Source: Kudoa neothunni
Lineage: Eukaryota > Animalia > Cnidaria
NCBI GenBank assembly: GCA_964304625.1
Contig: OZ199840.1
Coordinates: 3,485,631 to 3,549,630 of the forward strand
Direction of reading: 5' to 3'
DNA: 64,000 nt
Shown here: piece by piece, positions 40,150 to 54,315 of the stretch
Position numbering within the stretch: the first letter of the stretch is position 1
Layout: each line of letters opens with the position of its first letter
Made by a program: the position numbers and the translations under genes
Notes under the pieces: model-generated
Databases searched by the model: none
Told to the model about the DNA's origin: nothing
Seen by the model: the letters and a program-made list of their open reading frames with translations, nothing else

Positions 40150-41720
40150 AATGGGTGCTTGTGATTGTATTGGTAATTGTTCTAACACTGACCCTTTAAA
40201 ATTATCATTTCTCTCTTGTTGATAATATATCATCAGATAATGATGATGATGATGATGATGGCATCACAAGATTCATTATTTGATAAAAGTGGAGTGTTAT
40301 GAGCAGTTGAAACATCCATAACTTATATAGCATTAACAGAAAATATTATCAGTCATCATCCAGATCTTTATCCCTTCATATCTCAAAATATTAAAGAAGC
40401 GGTTGATACTTTCAAGTTGTTATTTAATCAAGATATGTACAATTTTATTATAAAATTCACAAATTAATATGGCGAAACAAAGCTATAGTTGCACTGAAGC
40501 AAAATTAGACAGAGTCGGACTTGATGGTCTCACTAGATACTTAACTTTAATGGGCATCCATAGAGACAACAAAGATCTCGCTAAAGAATTATTTGAATCA
40601 GAGGAAGGCCGAAGAATATATCACGATCTCTTTTCGTTAACATAATTTCGACAAATTATACGAACATGTTATATCGATGGCTCAAAAACTAGAAGCCTGA
40701 TAACAGTTACGGACAAATTTTGTCATACCCCTGATCTTTGGAAAATTTGGGTTGATTTACTTAATCGTAACTTTCGCCCATATGAAGATCTGTGCATCGA
40801 TGAACAACTTTTTGCAGTCAGAAGTCGCGGCTAATTCAAACGGTACATACCAATGAAGCTTACCATGTATGGGATTAAGTTTTCTTTATTAGTTCATCCA
40901 GAATCAACATATATTCACAATTCGTCCATCTCATCTACTTAGGTGGACAGTCTCATAATGACACAACAATCGTCAATGTTGGAAAAAACATTTTTTGTAG
41001 TTTACAGAATCATTCTAAAACTCTTGGGAGTACATAGTTTCTGGCACATTTTCACGTCAGTTGAATTAACCGATGGATTGTTAAATAGAAAACTTACAAT
41101 TATTGTAACAACGAGAGCAAACAAACGTTATATTCCATTTTATCTACACCTTCAAAAAAAGAATGCTCTGTAATCATCTCCTCCCGTATTTTATTAGAAA
41201 AAGATAATATTAAGATTTTTTCAGAATGAGAAAACTGTATGTGTGCTTTTCTCTGCTTCATGTAACATCCACAGTGCAACTGAAGCACCATTTAAAGCTG
41301 ACCTCGTAATACAGTATTAACATAATAAGGGGGTTGACACAATCACAAGATGGCTGGCGTCGATAAATGTCAGAAGAGTAGTAATGGCGAATTATAAATT
41401 GTGGGCCAAGGTTAGGGAGACTAAAGTATTGCGTGGCTTTAACCCCCAAGCATTAATGTTGATTTTATTTCATCAATGACATCATCCGAATACCATATCA
41501 TTGAATTTTTAAAGATCAGGGACATTTTAAAACACATATACCATTATATAAAAGTTGTAGAATACAAAAGAGCGTCATAAAATAACACAACCCAAAATAC
41601 ACAGACTCTCGTCGCAAAAGAATGTCAAAATGTCACCTAAAATGAATTATTTCTGTAGAACTCAAATTAAAGTTTCCAAGATTTTATCAAGTTGTGTTAC
41701 ACATGAAGCATTGTGCGACC
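40150..41720 (+). pseudogene. Decayed piggyBac transposase relic
   Basis: (GAT)n acidic start; CIDEQLFAVRSRG*FKRYIPMKLTMYGIKF (~40794-40883); KGVDT near 41330. Confidence 0.8.
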
Positions 41721-44440
41721 AAGTTTCAAGGACAGGTATAAATTTTCTTTATACAAAAACTATTAATAGTTGGTACCATTATTATAGTGGTGTTTTCTTT
41801 ATAACGATGATAGAAAACGATTATAAAATTGATGGTATTGGTTAGGTAACTCAAATTAATGAGTCATTGACGGCTAAAGCGAAAAATAGCGTATGAGCAT
41901 GATCAAAGATGAGGTGAGTTTTGATGTATAAGACATTAATGAAAACAGAGAATTTGTGGTAATAGTAACAAATACAAGATAGAACTGAGGTTATGCATCT
42001 ATGCTGTGTGGAAAGATCTATTAGAAAGTTGAAGCATCATCCACTTTATCAACGAATAAGAAATAATGAAATAAAAGATATCCTAGTGGATTCTTCTCAT
42101 CAAAATACTACAGTGAATCAGTCAAAAAATGTTAGGGCACAGCACTCACGAATTAGAGTGATTCCAGGTTAAAAGGACTCCGGGCTTACGCAGCTTTTCC
42201 ATCCGCTGAAATGAGTTTTGATTTTATTTGCTCTAAAATTTTTTCTGAGCAAATTTTAATCGAATATATAAAGATTAAACATATTTTAAAACCAACTATT
42301 CCTAAATGTGACATGTGTGATAGATATGACAAAATAATTATAAATCCGATGACATCTGAAAAACGCTCTCTTGTACTCATTATTTCGTATATTTTATAAA
42401 ATTGTGTTCCGTTTCTTAAATAAATAATAACCTGGAAATTTTTGTCGTCTATTGTAACATAATAAAGGGTTCATGCTGTCCCCACTTTTGTCGAAATATG
42501 ATTTGGTCAGAATTTATAAGTCATTTTTTGATGCTGAATTTATATCAAATAATATTATTTTTTAAGTAATAACATAATTGTAAAAAAAAGAAAAAAAAAT
42601 GAACCGAAGATAATTCTATATATGCATTAAAATATGGCGAAAAAGTGCGTATTTGTCTAATTAATAATAAATTGGGAGTATATTTTCAGTCAGATGAATC
42701 AAAGCCTTATTATACATAGATTGTATCCTTGGATTTCATTGAAATTGTCGTTAAATTAAGTGTTCAGCGATTAACCTTAATGCAAACATTGTAATTTTAT
42801 TTTGTCTAAATATTATAATTATTTACGTTGATACTGAGGCGATTCAAATATGTTGATGGGGAAAAGTGTATCAAAGTATACGCCGGATAAAGATTTTGAT
42901 CTGAACAAAAAAATTATTTACTTCTATCTCTACATCTTTTTCTATTATTTAACTCCATTAAAAAATGTTTCACAAATTTGTTGAGTCGGGTAAAAAAATA
43001 AATTTTATCAAAGAGATTATATTATTTAGAGTTAAATGTACACCTCAAAGTTGATAATTAAGGTCCGGTATTGATACATACCTTCCCAGGAATGATCATG
43101 ATTTTAATTTGGTTAATCAAAATCGTTCAAAGTATAATACTTTAAAAAATTTTTAGTTTGATTCCTTCTATGGATTGACTTTAAAGAATAATATAATTTC
43201 CGATGTTTTTAAGAATTTGCTCAATGTTGAATATTTCCCCCACCGAAACTGGGAAGGTCGCTCTAGTGCTAGTTATCAACTAACAGAATGTTTTTTCCTC
43301 CGAGTTGGCTCGACATTCGAAGTTAGGAAAACCCTTTGATGTTGGATACATTTCTTATTTTTTACTCTCATGAAGTTTTTGAAAGCAGGTGACATTATGC
43401 CACAATCGTTTTAATTAAGTTCAATCTATAGAGAGAAACCCATTCTGTTGAAACTCTTAGATTCATCTTATTTCACACCAAGCTGAATTAGTTATAATTT
43501 TTAACAAATTAATCTAGATCTCTTAGAAAATTTGCTACGTTGAATTTCTGAAACCTGTGATCGCAAAAGTTAAATATACGCCAAAAACTACACAACTATA
43601 TTGTATATTTTTCGCCAATTTCAAACACGCTCATTTCTAGGAAAATTATTATACTAAGTAATTTTATTATTTAATCTTCACAAATTGTATTAAAAATAAA
43701 ACAAAAAATTCATGTGATATTCCGCGTAAAAGCTCGAAATTAAAACACACAGCTACCCAACTACAAGAATTCAAACGTGGAGGGCGGATCTCACTAAAGC
43801 CCCTTGGTCATTCTTTGATAATCCCCAACCTCCAAATCAAAGTAACCCCTGTCAAAAGCATTATTGAAATCCGTAGAACAATCTTAAAGTCAATATGTGT
43901 ATTGTTGATGATACTGTAATTATTGTTTTGAAAATGGACTGAATAAATGCAGTTTCCAAACCAAATGAAGGTTCTGCATTCAATCAATAATCGATTCGAA
44001 TGACACTCTCATTGTGGAAATTAATATTAGATCATATATTAAAATAAAATAACAGCAATATCCGCGAGCTTATCGATATCAATACACGTCAATCTCAACT
44101 GTAAAGATTAAATAGGAGCAGGTATGATATCCGTTCGTTTCTCGGTAAATGTCGCATGGGAGATTAATTCTGCGGTTGATATTAATTATTTATTTTGATT
44201 GTATCTATGGAACTTTTTTATAATTTAAATACTATTCAAAAAAATTCATAAATCTCATAGTGACAAATAGATTATTGAAAATAAATGAGTAAACAAGTTA
44301 GATCAAATACACAGTACAACTGATGGATTAGCGTATTTCACTGAATCCGTCAACGTAGAATCATCTTATTTTGACTATAAGCTGAGTCGGTATTGGAGTA
44401 GGAGAGAAAGTTCCACACATTATATTGTTGATTGAAGGTG

Positions 44441-45409
44441 ATGAGTCGTAGCATTATTGATAATGATAATGAGGATCAAAATGAGTTTGACACAAAAAAA
44501 TTCTCACTTTCAGGACTTTTGAGGCTGTTCTGCTGTCCTCCATTACCATCTAGTATAGGAAATAAGTTGGCATTTTTGAAAATACCTCCAACCTATTATG
44601 TTTCTCGAAATCCCGACGGCGATGGATACAATTTTCATTTGAAACCTTCGAGTGGATGGGAGTTGTCACATCGCGATAGAAAATACACCATGTTTAATTA
44701 TATCAACTCACGAAGTGGAAACAAATTAGCATCGTTATATCTAAAAATTTATGATACTCCTGTCTACACTATCCTATTCAGTCATGGTAATGCTGTTGAT
44801 ATTGGAAATTCGTGTGGTTATTTGATTGAGTTGGCGATTCGTCTCAAAGTGAACATATTCTGCTTCGATTACAGCGGTTATGGGTTGAGTGAGGGTGTTG
44901 CTACGGAAAAAAATGTTTGTCTCGACATAAGAGCTGCCTGCTCCTTTCTCCAGTCCAGATACGGCATTCATCCGAGAAACGTCATTCTCTATGGGCAAAG
45001 TATTGGAACAGTTCCTACCATTGATCTTGCTACGGAAAAATATTTTGCCGGTGTAATTCTTCATTCTTCGTTGGCATCTGGATTGCGTGTAGTGTTTCCT
45101 AATTTGGCTCGAAATTTGTGGTGTGATGTGTTCAAAAGTTCATCCAAAATATCCAAAGTACTCTCACCCACACTGATTATACATGGTCGTAAAGATGATA
45201 TTGTGAGTTTCTCTCACGGAACTCTCCTCTACGACCTCGCTACCAATCCGGTTAGACCGCTTTGGATCGATGAGGCCGGCCACAATGATATCGAATTCTT
45301 CCCTGATTACTACGTTAGATTGAAAGAATTTATCTATGAAGATCTTCCTGGATTTGCTGTTCGACTTGAGAACCCCTCAAACGAACAAAGTCAAACCAAA
45401 CTATCCTAA
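44441..45409 (+). CDS. ABHD17: Alpha/beta hydrolase ABHD17 (protein depalmitoylase), intronless CDS
   Basis: LFCCPPLPSSIGNKLAF, ILFSHGNAVDIG, DYSGYGLSEG, GQSIGTVPT (nucleophile Ser), IHGRKDDIV, AGHNDIE. First ATG at 44441 (the ORF track starts at TTG 44432). Confidence 0.96.
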   Translation: MSRSIIDNDNEDQNEFDTKKFSLSGLLRLFCCPPLPSSIGNKLAFLKIPPTYYVSRNPDGDGYNFHLKPSSGWELSHRDRKYTMFNYINSRSGNKLASLYLKIYDTPVYTILFSHGNAVDIGNSCGYLIELAIRLKVNIFCFDYSGYGLSEGVATEKNVCLDIRAACSFLQSRYGIHPRNVILYGQSIGTVPTIDLATEKYFAGVILHSSLASGLRVVFPNLARNLWCDVFKSSSKISKVLSPTLIIHGRKDDIVSFSHGTLLYDLATNPVRPLWIDEAGHNDIEFFPDYYVRLKEFIYEDLPGFAVRLENPSNEQSQTKLS

Positions 45410-48400
45410 GTAGTGATAATGCCTGTATTTGTAAACTCGATGGATATTTTTTATGGTGACTACCTTGTTGTTATTAATTATTTATTGTGGGTTTTATTTT
45501 TGAGCGTTTGTGAAGTACCGACTACCATTAATTCTGCTTATTCCATATTAATGACGAATATTAACTTTAATTTTTGTTTTTGAATTTTTTGTCGTTTAAT
45601 TTTCCTTTTTCTAGTAGGTACTGTAAGTACTTACTTTAAGATTCTATTCGTATTTACTCACATTCCCTAGTGCAATAATGTTTAAATTTTATCTTTATAA
45701 ATTTTTTATAGAATTAAATTTTGCAAAATATTGATTAAATAGCTTCCAATATGTTAATTATTCATGAAAATATAGTGAAAAATTTAATAATCTATAGATA
45801 ATAACTTAATCCACTTGTGTTATAGAATGTCTTTTCCGATATTATTGGAAATGGTTTTAGTCTTGAAAATGGAACATTAGATGGAGAAGTGATGATGTTG
45901 ATAACAATATTGTTAATAATTGAATAAAACGAGTTTATTAGAAGACATGATAAAAATAAATACGTTTTAGAAGATACTACCACGTTTAAAGGCAGTTGGC
46001 TTAAGGAAAGTTGCAATAAGGGGCTAACTGAGCTTTAAAAAACTAAAACAATTAACGAGTGAGTCATCATGTAACAAACCGCTCTTTTTGAAAGGAATAA
46101 TCATAATTTATATTTTTGGTAATGTTAAAAGGTTTTCCTTTTAGCTTTTTAGAATCAACATTTTATTGCAAAATATAAAGAACAAAAATCTGTTGTATTC
46201 TGTGCTTTTTTTTGAATAGATAGATGAAAACTAATAACGAAAATATTCATAGAAGAAGAAAAAATAACTTTAATTTTAATATTAATCCCCTTCACTTACT
46301 CATTTATTTGTTACATTTAATAAAATCGAATTCTATTTACTTTAAAGAGCCATTGAATGCTTTGAAACGTAAAATCTTAACCCTATAAATATTCCAAAGA
46401 TTGTCTATTCGAATATCTAAAACTATTTCTGTATTTTCGAAGGAGAAAAATTTCGTTATTTTAGTTAGTAATATCGATCAATTCTGTAAACTATGCTGTA
46501 AATGGTTTTGGAGCAGTTGAATATTCGACTATGAAAGACTGTAATAAGAGCTTAATATTTAGCGCAGTATAAACTTCTCTCCTTAGTATTATCAGTAAAC
46601 TTTACAATAAAAATATAATATCGATCATAAAAATATTTTATTCTTTTTTATTACATAATTTAATTTTTAACGTTTTAAATTAAAATATTGGCGTAAAATT
46701 ATAATGTTTAATAGTAATTAAATATAACAAATTCGCAATAGTAGAATGATGGCTGTGATAATGCAGGAGAGAGAAAAAAGCTTGTATATTGTAGGAATGA
46801 TCCTAATATTAGTGATTAGATTGATTTTTCCAGTAGCTCAGCTAGAGCCTCTCAATAATATTAAGAAAATTTGAATTAATGATGCTGCAGTGACGATTTT
46901 CTCATTATATCTCCTCAAGGAAATTCTGTGTGATGTTATTGAAAACAAAAAATTAACACTTTTTAGTAATAAAGTCTTTATTAAATTTTCAGAATTTTAT
47001 TAATTTCTTTTTATTAAGTATTTTTTATTAATTCACTTGAATTTGTATGGTTAAAGTAATTTTATATTAATTAAATTTCTTACCAAAACTCAATACATTA
47101 ATATTTAATAATTCTTCGTAATATTTGAAGCGATACTCATATTTAAACTCGTTTAATGTGCAAAATAAAATAAAAATAGTCATATATATTAGATTAATAA
47201 AAAAACTAATTCTACGATAACACTAATAAAAAATTGTAATCAAATCTTGAAAAATAAATATTTGTTTTGGAAATTAAAAAAAATAAGAAAAAATACCATT
47301 ATGACTTACGCAATAAAGTCAATTTAACTTATATCTCAGGTAGTTAATATCAAATTGAATATTATCATATGAAATTTGATAATTGTTTACGTTCAATAAT
47401 ATTTATTTTCCAATCTAAATAAAAGTTATTACGTTACGTTTCTTTAAATAAATAATGTATTGGCAATTGAATAACGTAGCGATTAAAACTCTGGAAATTA
47501 ATTGACAATGACAATCAATACATTAAGGACTTGATAATTTTTTGAATATCAAAAAGTACGAACTCATCTGCATGGCAACTAGTTGATTTAAAAATGGGAA
47601 TCTTCCTCTAAGTTCCTATGACACATACCAATGGATCCAATCAGTTGTCATACCAGGTAAAAACTCCTGGAAAAGAGAGCTCCTATCGAAAATATTCAAG
47701 GAGAAATTCAAACTAGTGATAAAGTAATTCCAAATTTGCATCTTTTAAGTTTCATATATTATTTTGACATTAATTATTCACTTATTGCGAAAATATTAAC
47801 TATCTGTATCACTGAATACCCCAGTATTTCCTAGTTTGGTGATAACTACGACATTTCGAAAATTTAAACCTTCAAAACCCTTGTTGATTAATGATTAATC
47901 GTAATAAAAATATATATCAAAATAATCGTATGATGTTATGTGTTTATTAAAGGAGATAATCAATAAAAACAGTTATTTTAACAATAATTTCAAAAAGTTT
48001 TTCCCCAGCGAATTTATATTTAAGTATTGCATTGGGTAACCGTTAGTACGCACTTACATCAATATGATGTATTCAAAGTTTATATTAGGTGATGCGTTCG
48101 ATAATGTTATTATGTTTGTAAAAAGATAAGAGTCTTTAAAATAACTTTGAATTAAACTAAGAAATTATCAATCTATTGTATCACGTGACTAATCGATAAT
48201 ACTCACATTTCTCGACCAAACCACGTAGATTTTATTTGGGATTATTGGAAACGAGGGTAAAATTTAAATTTTAAAAGTTTAATTTTTTTTAAATATTGGA
48301 AATAATGGAAAGTTATTCCAAAATGTATCTAAAGAGTAATAATAGTCGGCATTCGACATTTTCCACTGTATTCAAATTAAATAGCAAGGTGAACCTTTTT

Positions 48401-48714
48401 AAAATTTGTAGGGTCAAAATATGAAAACTTTTTTTTCGTGTAGTGATAAAAATAATTAAAATTTATAATTTCGTAGGACCGACTATACACTAAATTTTAT
48501 CCCAATGTAAAAAGACTTAAATATTTTATCAGCAAATAAATTTTAATTCTATCGGAAAATACTTCACATCTTTACTTCCTCTAGCTCTGATTAACGCTTC
48601 TCCGGAGATAACATTTTCTCTTCTGAAATTATTGGAAACATCAGAAGAAATAGCATGTAGTGCTCTACATTGGATAATCTAGTTCTAATGAGGAGATTTT
48701 TCAACACATCGACC

Positions 48715-48865
48715 AAATGATGTCATAAATTTGAATTTTCTGAGTAAATTATAAATTAACGTAATATTTACACATATAATTAAATATTAGTTCCATTTTT
48801 ACAAAAAATTATGATTTTTTACGGCAAAAATTTTTCCGTAAGTCCAACTTGTGTTGGCAACGCTG
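48715..48865. repeat. hAT-like terminal fragment, second copy
   Basis: Homologous to 21770-21923. Confidence 0.6.
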
Positions 48866-50311
48866 ATAACAACTAATGACACCTGAATATTATTAACCGG
48901 TCCAATAGTCATTTCTTTTTTTAATAACATTAAATAGTTATTTTAACTCATTTTTAGGTTTTGCATAATAAAGTTTATTAAAAAATATACTTAATTTAGC
49001 AAATTTATAATTTTTAAGGGAGAACGACGAGAATCACCATTCAATTAAATTGTAAAACGAAAAAAAGTTTGCCGCTCAAATAATATCAATAATCGAACAT
49101 TACAATAAAAATATTTTCGAGGATTAATATTTCAATCGGCTAACGATTTTTAATGAGGTAAACAATAATATAACATAAAAAATCAAAGTGGCTATTGGCA
49201 CGATAAATATTTTCAGATGACACTAGTTGTTATTGTATTTAATTATTTTTTTATATATGAGAAGAGTGGAGAAAAATAATTAAACAACAGATTCTAAAAA
49301 ATAATTTTATTACAGTTTGAGCAAGAATTGCTGAGAATAAAAATTTACGATGAAAATGGCCTCTGCCTAAAAAATATTAATTATGTATTATTTCCATTCT
49401 AGCCTCAGAAAAATTAAAAATATGTTCAAATTTCGTTCCATAAATACATTGTTTTCAATTGCAAGAGTTCTCTCCATTCAAAAAACAAAGTTGAAACTTC
49501 TAGTAACGTTTAATTTAATCCTATACATTGTTCACGCGTGCGCCATATCATGTAAAATTTAAATCTTAACGATTTCAGATTATGCATGACAAGCATCATT
49601 ATATTCGATATTTTTATTAAATTACATTTATTGTATTAACGACAGATATAAATCGAAATTAACTACCTAAAGTATAAACTACATGTCATCTTAATATTAC
49701 ACCGATTTGAACGGTTGTTCCCATAAGTTAATTAAATCGCGCATCCATATCTCGATAAGTCGTGATGTCATCCTTGTCCTTGTATGGGAATTAAAATCGT
49801 TTAATATAAAATAGGATCATGTTAACCACCTTGAGATTAGTATTGCGTTGCGTCTACCTACTTTAAAACCCAAACTTCTTCTCGCTATATTATAAGCTGT
49901 TATTGGATAGAAGATTGTAATGAACAACTGCAAATAGACCAAACACGAATTGGAATGATACCCACAGGGATTAAGCAAAGAAACTACGCCAATGTCGGTC
50001 ACATGATTAAAACAATGAATGTACACAAAGTGGGCGGTTATGGAACACTTTTGTTAGGCGGAGATAAAATAGGGGTTATAATAGATTGTTTTCAGGCAAC
50101 GCGTACAACAAAATAATTGTTTTTGGTTGATTTTGTTGTTCAAAAATACTATAAATCGTTTAATACCATGAACTAAGCTACAACAAGTGTATTAATCGTG
50201 AGACTACGCTTGTTTATTAGTGATTAGTGTGTGGCACGGCTGCACTATCGAATTTTTGTTGATTACTGTACGTGTTTCTAAGTAGATTAACACAGTGAAT
50301 CAACCGACGTG

Positions 50312-52083
50312 ATGCTGAGGCGTTATGTGGTAAACCTATGGGCAAATCAGCACCAGGTGTTAACGAGTTGCAGGTCGAGTCGCAGGCTGCCTTGCGTATC
50401 ACTTACCCCATTCAGAGCGTGGTTTACATCCGATAGCGGTAAGCATGTGCCCTATTTGAGGGAACCTATGGACAGGAATGTGTTCAAATCACCGCAAATC
50501 ATGACGGCAAAGCAAGCAGTTAGTGAGATACAATCAAGTAATTTTGCGCTGGTCCAACAATTTAAGTCTTATGCGGTGGAATTGATTTTAAATTGTAGAT
50601 CAACGTGTTTTTGTTCACAGTGCTGCTATGGTGCCAACTTTATTACTGAAAGCATTAGCAACACATAGCATCGATAAAAACCTAAAAAATGTTAGAGTCT
50701 ATCATATCCACATTGATGGTGAACCAATTATCACTCATCCAGATTGTTATGGCCATTTGAGGAGTTGTTCCTTCTTCACAGGGGCCAACTGTAGAAAAGC
50801 TGTTGCGGATGGATACGCTGACTTTGTGCCGATTTTTTTGAGTGAAATTTCCATGTTATTCCTAAGGAATATTATTCCATTGGATTATGCGTTAATTCAA
50901 GTGTCACCTCCTGATGAACATGGCTATTGTACGTTGGGATCGAGTGTGGATGTTACTCGCTCAGCTTTGCAGACTGCAAAAAAGGTTATTGCGCTAGTAA
51001 ACAGCAATGTGCCCAGAGTTTTCGGCTGGGGTGTTATTCATCAATCTAACATTGATATTATGGTTCAGCATGACGAACCATTGATACAGCATAAACCTCG
51101 AGCACCCACACAACAAGATATAACCATTGGTAAATTGATTGCAGAGAATCTGGTTGAAGATGGTGCCACATTACAATTAGGTATTCATTTTATAGTTTGA
51201 TTATATATGTATAACATTAATTATGAGTTATCATCGGCTATTTTTGTATATATAGGCATCGGAGCTATTCCTGATATGGTATTGAAATATTTGGACAATC
51301 ATAAAGGTTTGGGTGTTCATTCGGAAATGGTCAGTGATGGTATTGTCGATCTGTACATGTCGGGGGTTATCAACAATAGCCACAAGGCTGTACTGCCCGG
51401 AAAAACTGTCTCAAGTTTCGCCATCGGTTCCAACAAGTTGTATGATTTTATGCATGAAAATACCTCATTCGGTAAGTTAAATAACAATAGTGCTGTTGAC
51501 AGTGTTGAATATTTGTGATAGTGATGACTGAGACCAGTTTTACCAATGATATCTCGGTGATTGGAAAAAACCCCAAGGTGACCGCTATCAATTCTTGTAT
51601 TGAAGTAGATTTAACGGGCCAAGTGTGCGCTGATTCTATCGGTACACGAATCTATTCTGGTAAGTTTAATTAATTAATTAAAATAAATTTATATTTCTAT
51701 TTTCTATTAAGGTGTGGGTGGCCAACTCGATTTTGTTACAGGAGCTGCTAGAGCTGAGGACGGCAAAGGCAAACCCATCCTAGCCATGCACTCTTGCACC
51801 AAAAAAGGTGAATCGAAAATTGTCCCTATATTAAAATCGGGTATATATTTGTGTGTGTTTTTTTTTCGCTGCTATTTGAATGCTGGTTGGAATAGGTTCT
51901 GGTGTGGTAACAACCAGGTCCCATGTCCATTACATGGTCACAGAATATGGTATCGCTTATCTATTTGGAAAGAATCTCATTCAACGTGCCTATGAACTAA
52001 TTAAAATTGCACATCCGTCACACAGAGAAACATTAGAAAAAGCCGCTTTCGAACGTCTCAAGGCTATGCCATCACCTGATTAA
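50312..52083 (+). CDS. Mitochondrial acetyl-CoA hydrolase/transferase family protein (acetate:succinate CoA-transferase subfamily IB / 4-hydroxybutyrate CoA-transferase-like), 6 exons
   Basis: Arg-rich N-terminal presequence; VPIFLSEI, VSPPDEHGYCTLG, DGATLQLG|IGAIPD, HSEM (catalytic Glu), INSCIEVDLTGQVCADSIG, GVGGQLDF, VTEYGIAYL, LIKIAHPSHRE. Confidence 0.93.
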
Positions 52084-53449
52084 CACCTACATAAAGATAT
52101 TGGTGTTTTAACAGCATTTTGATACTCACCACTAACAACAACTATTTATGATGGAATTTAGTGTTTCATTTTTTATTTGTTTTATCTTGGATATTTTCGT
52201 TCAAAAATTATTTCCATTAGTATTGTCTGGATTATGGAGTCTACAACAATTTTTATCGCATTCCATATTTTCTTAAAAAGAGATCCTGTTTCCCCTTTTG
52301 AAAAATGTCGATTTTTAACTTTGAATCAAACTTTCTATCACGTTGAAATTTTTTAGCGATTAATTTACGTATTTTTATTTATTTTCGCATAAAAACTCAA
52401 ATGCATTCAATCAAATCTAAATTAATTTATCGATGGGCCCTAAAAATTGTCATCTTTTGTTCTCCAATACGTCATTAACAGCGACAAGCGAGTCTCATGG
52501 TAATCTAACCCACATTCGACAAGACTTTAGTGTATATGGAGCTTATAAAACAAAAATAAATAATCTAGATAGAATATTAATCAATAATATATATGATTAA
52601 TCAAAAAGGGGGAAGAAAACGATCATAAATGAGTCAAGATTGGAAGTAAAAGCATTCTGATTCTGTAGAGATAAAGACCACGTTAAATGTTATTATTTAT
52701 TTCTATATAATTAGTCATTATTTTATGATATTATTAGTCCCACAAGAATAAACGATATCGGAAATTATCCATGTCACACCATTGCTCAGGATTTTCCGCA
52801 TCCCAACAGAGTCATTCATTAAACGATACAAATATTTCATGAAATAAAGTTAGGAAACATTGGTATAGGATTCACTATTTTAATATTTAGAAGACCAAAA
52901 TTATTTCCAATCTCTCATGTATCGGAACAATCTAGATATTCTTTTTTTCATGTTTTTAATAATTCCATCATTAAACTTTTTCGTATCCAGTATTCATTTA
53001 AAATTTAACATGAGAAAAAATTGTACCCCTTTGACGCATTATTTTGAAAATTCTCTCCTAATCATTTGTAAAATCTTCGATGTATTAATTTCAAAATACA
53101 GTAAGATTTCGATATTGAGCGCTTAAGGGGGACCTGAACTTTACTGCCCAATAAGAAATCACCGCCCACTATCGAGGTTCCCACGAGCGCCACTCGAATA
53201 AATTTTTTATTTTTTAACGAAAAAATGATCTATTTTGTTTGTATTATTAGATTAAAGATGTGAAAGGCATCGATCTAATAATATACGAACTTTTCTTTAT
53301 CTTACGAGAACTTTAGATCAAGAGTTTTCAAAATATCAAGAAGATAATTGAAGACATCTAAACATTTTTTAATCGTTAATATTTAACAGAAAATTCATAA
53401 ATTCCTTTAAAATAAGGGGTCTCTTTAAATTTACCAATGACACTATGTG

Positions 53450-54315
53450 GAAATCTTATCTCTACAAATTAAACACTCTATAACTCTATTACAGGTTTTT
53501 TGATTGTTTTATTTCCTTTTAATTCAACTCCTTCTTTGTATCATATGTTCGTTGAGTGCATTTACCTTAGGGATGAGCAGTCTTACAGAGATTTAATGTT
53601 TTATTTTCCATATCCACTTTTTACCTAATAAATTTTGAATACCTAATCATTAACAATATGAGAATCAACTTACCTCCGTCTCCGAGAAGAATGGAATTTT
53701 TAAACACCAGCGAATCTAAAATTTTTAAGGAAACCTTCTGTTCCACTCAAACCAGCGATTTAAGATCATCAGCAAAAAGCTCTTTCTTCTCAGTGATTGT
53801 AACTCTAGAATATTTGTCATTTTTTGGTGTTACGATACAAACCCTTTATATAACACAATTTGAAGTTGGATGTTTTTTTAATTTATAATTCTTTTACTGA
53901 GAGAAACAACATTGAAATTCATTATATCAGTTTTATTAGATAAAATTCTATTCGGAGATGAATAACTAATTTTAATTTGAATAGAATTCACATTAACAGA
54001 ATTCACGATATTCTATAGCGTTATAGAGTAATTTTTTGGAATTTTAGATCGAGGTAGTTGAATCATAATATTGGATAGTTACAATTTTTTGCCAAAATTT
54101 CTTTCATCCTTCACAATACCGAACGTTCGAATGTGTAATTTAGTGGATTAATCGGACTAAAATTGAAGAAACTACTGCCCGATGGCAAGACTCTCAATTT
54201 TACAAAAATGCAGGTTTTAAATATTATTTCGTATTTTTAAGTATAACACCAGGGTAGAAGACTATATACATCGAAAATGTTACAATATTAGTTGCAGAAA
54301 TTTCTAAAAAAATGT
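53450..54315 (-). mobile_element. Decayed transposon fragment, possibly Mutator/IS256-like
   Basis: Minus-strand reading KHP..RVCIV..KKELFADDLKSL recalls the MULE/IS256 region after the second Asp; 54060-54315 is repeated at 4600-4865. Confidence 0.3.

Noticed and set aside
42211-42399. ORF with CxxC resembling a Merlin/ISXO2 transposase N-terminus
   Set aside because: No downstream DDE motifs or TIRs found.
53755-53790. LFADDLK as a reverse transcriptase catalytic motif
   Set aside because: No upstream RT motifs (e.g. PQG); the context fits a decayed DNA transposase better.
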